The notes below the pieces were generated by a model. That model worked only from the letters and a program-made list of their open reading frames with translations. It was not told the DNA's origin and did no database searches. A stretch of DNA of 64,000 nt, taken from Podarcis tiliguerta. Lineage: Eukaryota. Position numbers and translations under genes: made by a program. How positions within the stretch are numbered: the first letter of the stretch is position 1; every line of letters starts with the position of its first letter. Below are positions 58,993 to 64,000 of the stretch, in pieces. Location: NCBI GenBank assembly GCA_965153285.1, contig OZ229119.1; one strand, written 5' to 3'.

Positions 58993-59504
58993 AGGCCAGC
59001 TTTGCCCGCCCCCCCTGAGATCAACAAGTGTCAGAATGGGAAGTGTGCAGCAGGAGACACAAAACAAGAGCTAATAAGCAAAGTTCAATTCAACCTTCAG
59101 GTTTCTGTATCTGACTCCAGAAAAAGTATCATTGCTTGTTACCGTCCTCCCACCATGGCAAGTGTGATTTAAGTTTTTCAAAGTAAATGAGACTTGATTC
59201 ATGAGCAATACAGATGGGCATCTTTATCTACAAAAGGAAGGATTTTATGTTCGTTTAAAGAAGAGCCTTTGAGTCAGTGAAGATAAAAGCTATTTGGCCT
59301 ATTTATGTTGTGTTAATATTTAAAACTTCAATCCATAAATCATGAGTAGGAGAAGTGCTTTATATCCCGGCAAGCAATACTATTATGTTTAACTTGTGCT
59401 CAGCAAACGCAACCACAAATGGGATAGAAGCTGCTGGGTTGTTCCAATTCTTTTGGTTAATGATTGGAACGATGCGTCTCGACTGCTGTCATGTAGTCTT
59501 TCAG

Positions 59505-59690
59505 CATCACAATTCCCTACAGCACAATCAGTCCTTCCCAGGGAATGGTAGCTCTGTGGGGGAGGAGGGTAATGTGGGTCTTCTGATGACTCTTGGCACC
59601 CTTAACAACTGCACTTCCCAGGATTCTTTGCAGGAAGCCATGACTGTTTTAAGTGGCATAATATCACTACAAATATGTGGTGTGCATGTG
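59505..59690. mobile_element. Partial copy of a palindromic squamate non-autonomous DNA element
   Basis: cacaattccc...gggaatggtagctctgtg...acccttaacaactgcacttcccaggattctttg...gccatgactgtttt; family assignment from recall only. Confidence 0.45.
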
Positions 59691-60643
59691 GCCTCTGACT
59701 GCCATCTACAATATGTGTCTCCAGAGTTCCAAGGAAAGTCACATTTCTACCTCTCTTATGCAGGAGGGAGAGGATGCACAACCCACAGGAATCTGTCTCA
59801 GCTTGCTGTTGCCATCACATCACAATAACCAAGAGCATGCAGCAGCAGTGTTTAGATCAGTATGTAAGTGGAGGCATACAATCCACTCCCTTGATAAAAT
59901 GTTTTGTATCTTAAATAAATGATGGGCTCTGCTGCACAAAGTCTTGTAGAAAGGAATCAAGAAAGGCTCCAAAATAGCCCCCAAACAGATCCTGACTTTG
60001 ACAAAACAGGTAAAGCAAAGGGAAGCTTTCCTTGTGAATTTTAGGGAGCACAGAGAAGAATGGATCTCTTATATATTTTTCTGATTACCTCTGAGCTTTG
60101 TCTCTGATTTACTGTGTACTCCTCATTCTTCCAGGAGGATAGGCATGTTTTGCAGGAAAGCTAACGAAGAATTGCTTGGCATAATGTCTTTATAAATTTG
60201 TTAGTCCTTGAGGAAGGGGTGGGGAACCTGTGTTCCTTCAAATGTTGGACTGCAACATCCATCATCCCTGCCCATTGGCCAACCTGGATGGGCTTCATTA
60301 CAGTGTGCATTTCCTGTCCCCACCATCCAATGATGTGGTCTACACAATGAGGTGGGTATTCGCACATTGTGGTGACATTGGACCCTGGCAAAGCCAAAAA
60401 CTAGAGGGATGCTGGTTTTGGTGTCAGTTTGAGTTTTGTAATGTGTAATGACTGTACTGCAGGAAGTAAAGGGAGCTGCCATCAACCATGACTGATTGAC
60501 AAGGGTGCCTATAGGATTCATTGTTTTGCAACCATTTTACGCTCATTCACAAATTAGACTGACATCACAAATGCTGCTGCATGTGCCCCAAATCCAGCCC
60601 CAGATGCTGGTATTACAGATTGCTGCAGAGATTATAAGCTCCC

Positions 60644-60667
60644 GTGTGTGTGTGTGTGTGTGTGTGT
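60644..60667 (+). repeat. (GT)12 microsatellite
   Basis: Direct reading. Confidence 0.95.
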
Positions 60668-61569
60668 AAAGGCTAGATATGCTATGTTCCAGTTAAAAGA
60701 TACTACAATCTCTAGGTGGAAACGAAGATCACAACACACATTTCTGCTTCATACGTCAGATAACTAGGAGAGAAGAAAGACTTCTTTGTTCCATTGCCAA
60801 AAAGCACAAAAGGGAATGCAACAACAGAACTCCGCAATGATTATGCATACTCAAAATGCTGCAGAGGAGAGACTGAAAGTAGCACAGTGATTATTCCTAG
60901 ATTAGGGAAGTAAATATATCTTTAGGATTGGAACTTTGTGGGAAAAAATATCAAAGGAGCATTGTGTTCAAGCTAGGGCATTTTGCAGTTGTGCCATCCT
61001 CCACGATAGGACTGAAAGCTTGGAAGTAATTGGCAACAGTGGTATCACAGGGCACAGGACTCTGTGTTTTGCTTTTGCATAAATCTTATAACCTGGAGAG
61101 AGGACTGGTTGCACAGATGTTATGCCTGAGGGCTCCTCCGCCCCTATTTTTTCTTTTCTTTTTTAGCAATCCTTTCCCATGGAGACAAGGAAACAGATAA
61201 CATGGCAACAACATTCAATCAGGTAATTTAAGTTCCCAAAAGAATTTGCAACTCTTTCCTGGGAATATGAGCAAATATTGACATGAGTCAAGACCGGGAT
61301 GGATTTACCTGCAAGTATCTGTTTTCAGTACCAGATCACAGCCTCAGAACATGTAAGGAACACCTCGGATTCTAAACAGAGTACCTTTCATTCACCACTG
61401 CCAGCCCCCATGCATTTGGGAAAAGGGTTAAAGACTTGTAGGTCACAGGATAAAATGCTAGGAATTATTCACTGAAAGAGATTTATCATATACTGAAAGT
61501 ACCAGTACTGCATTTGGACACTAAATGAATTATATTAGGAGGATGTGTAACCATTCTATGAGGTTGTGT

Positions 61570-61805
61570 AGGAAAGGAATGGGGAGGACATACAGACCAA
61601 ATGTGGCCAGTGGAGAGAGCCCATTTCCCTCCCAACAAGGCAGCTGTGCCAGCTAGTGGGGCAGCTGCCTGCACTGTTAAGAACAGAGAAAACAACCCTG
61701 CAAGCACAAGCCAGTGAACAATCTCTCTGTCTGTGCGTCTCCCATTCCCTTTGGAACAGCCCTATAAATAGAGTCTTCTATTCTGGCCCTCTTGACGTCA
61801 GACTC
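61570..61805. promoter_or_regulatory. Candidate muscle-type enhancer
   Basis: MCAT AGGAATG 61575-61581; E-boxes CAGCTG 61641-61646 and 61662-61667; CATTCC 61743-61748; MEF2 CTATAAATAG 61762-61771; CRE TGACGTCA 61793-61800. Confidence 0.5.
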
Positions 61806-63351
61806 CCAGCTCCTTAACTCTCTGCTAGTCTCCAGGAGCTGGCAGGCAGAGAGAGGAGAGCCCTTTGCTGCATGTGGCTGCTGCTGCAAGTTAACCCTTC
61901 ACCTGTCGTCTTCTCAACAGAGATATATTTCGTGGCCATGGTTTGAATCTTTAGAATACATACCTGCCCAATGGATCAGATTTGACTGGTGTCATTTTGC
62001 CCAAATATTGGCTGAGTCCTGTGGCCTCTATTCTGCACACTTGGCCAACTGAAAGGTCATGTTGGCTTACAGAGGTGAAGATTTAGCAGCCGATTTACTT
62101 CTTCTGCCTCTTCCCCCACCTGCTCTTCTGCCCACCCCAAAAAAAGACCATTCAAAAGCTTTTTAAGAGGGTCACACATACTGAATAAAGGCAATTCCTC
62201 AGCAGAAGTGTTTCATGTAATAGAAGCAAGACAATGTGTTCAAATTAAAAACAGCCCGTGGATTCCCAAGCGAAAATACTTTTGTCACATAGAAGAGATG
62301 CTGTTTTCTCTTTTCCAGTTTGAAACATTAGCTAGCCAGGATGCCAAAGAACATACAATTCATCAAGGGAATAAGAAATACACTTGTTTTACATTAAGGT
62401 TGCAATTCAATGTCCATCTTTCCGGCTCCAAGAGGGCCTTTGGTTCTAAGGTAAGCACGCCTAAGATTGCACAGTAAGAGGAGCAGTCACTCAAAGGCAC
62501 TTCGAGATTGTTGCTATTTAGGTGGGTGGGTTTGTGGATGGGGAAAGGCAATAGGAAGGTTTGTAACTAATGATGCAAATGTGACCAGGTCCAAAGTTGG
62601 AATAAATGCCAACAAATTCACCCTTTCCTCCTGCCCCCAACCCTAGATGAAAGCTGTCTCCTGCCAAAATGTCCTCTTCTATATAACTACTACTGATGTT
62701 ACAGGAGTATCCTAACTGAGGTGCAAGTTTTGTGAACAAGGCGGGGCAGGTAAGGAAGAAAAAAAAATCTAGAGTACTAAGCAGCAATAGTTCACCAGAT
62801 GCAGTCTGAAAGAGCCATCGTGAGATTATCTGTAACAGATCATGCAAAAGAAAAAGAGAAAAAGTAGTTTGGAAGAGCTCATAACAGGATTGTGCCCAGC
62901 ACATACTTGAAAGAACTCATTCCCTGCATGTCATCTGTTTTGTGTTTCTACCCTTACTTGATCCCTGTCCAGAGAGGCAGCTCAGCCTTCTTGGAAATCT
63001 GGATAGACCCATCTTACTGGGTCATCCAAGGACCACAACAAAGCCACAGCTAGCACAGACTGCCGCCTAGGATGTAAAACATGTATGAAACACGCTGCAT
63101 TCACACTACACCTTTAAATCACATTTGAAACCAGAGCCAGCCCACCCATGAGGCAAGGTGAAGCAGCAGCCTCAGGCAGCGGAAACACTCTCACAACTGC
63201 TGGAGAAGCAATCCAGGTAAGGGATGCTTCTGTGGTGGCAGAGCTGCTCAGCTTTCCTTCTGATCTCCCCCCACCCTAGAGGCAGAGAGAGCCAAGCGGT
63301 AAAAGAATGGGAGACCTATCAAAAACAGCAGTCTGCTAAGCTTTAGTAATA

Positions 63352-63593
63352 CAGTGGTACCTCGGGTTACATTCGCTTCAGGTTACAGTCGCTTCAGGTT
63401 ACAGACTCCGCTAACCCAGAAATAGTACCTCAGGTTAAGAACTTTGCTTCAGGATGAGAACAGAAATCGTGTTCCAGCGGCGTGGCAGCAGCGGGAGGCC
63501 CCATTAGCTAAAGTGGTACCTCAGATTAAGAACAGTTTCAGGTTAAGAATGGACCTTTGGAACGAATTAAGTACTTAACCCGTGGTACCACTG
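63352..63593. mobile_element. Tc1/mariner MITE, family A copy 4 (longest)
   Basis: Same TIRs and TA TSD; extra internal cttcaggttaca repeat. Confidence 0.9.
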
Positions 63594-64000
63594 TACATGT
63601 TAGTCTTTCCTTAAACATTTGAGGAATAGCTAATGAAAATAGAGCTTCTTTTTACTTCCAACCCCTCTATTTTAGCTTGCTTTTATTCTCATGTTGGTTT
63701 CTCTTGAATAGCACAGCATAAGGTGGCTTGTGCATAACTTCAATCGTGTTGTTACTGGAGCATGGAGAGGGAACAGATAACTGGAGGACAGGTGGGTCTA
63801 CAGATATTGAGACTTGTTGGTATCTTTGTTATGTGCTGAAGTTTTTAAGCCACTGGCTCTTAACATATTTATTGAATTAATAATAAAACATTAACCTGGA
63901 GGAAAAAGGAGGAGAAGGAGCTTTCCTAATACTGTATCTCCATACTAGGAAAAGGCTGAAATGTTGAATTTATGCCTTTAATGCATCTGATAAAGGCTGA

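Noticed and set aside
54600-64000. TEF last exon, expected from synteny beyond TOB2
   Set aside because: No PAR-bZIP coding sequence (RRKKNNVAAKRSRDARR-like) seen in any listed ORF or by eye.

Overview
Vertebrate genomic DNA, almost certainly a squamate and probably a lacertid lizard (two full-length Sauria SINEs, plus Bov-B/RTE and CR1 fragments). The window holds three complete protein-coding genes in the conserved amniote order. (1) ACO2, mitochondrial aconitase: minus strand, 18 coding exons from 23757 down to 2191, 783 aa, all introns GT-AG and in phase. (2) PHF5A, SF3b spliceosome subunit: plus strand, 4 exons 24654-32619, 110 aa, including a 24-nt microexon, head-to-head with ACO2 across a ~0.9 kb CpG-island promoter. 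(3) TOB2: plus strand, single coding exon 50161-51186, 341 aa, with a ~3.3 kb 3'UTR and upstream CpG islands. The clearest non-coding functional element is a canonical iron-responsive element whose lower stem contains the ACO2 start codon. Other notable items are inferred regulatory modules (a MEF2/E-box/MCAT/CRE cluster near 61.7 kb, a triple DR1 half-site array before PHF5A, ERREs in ACO2 intron 4, an orphan CCAAT-pair CpG island at 39.3 kb) and several MITE families. One palindromic MITE family carries the ZNF143/THAP11 motif. I found no convincing wholly new protein-coding system; most short ORFs in the supplied track are spurious or are exon read-throughs. All human comparisons are from recall, not from an alignment run here.
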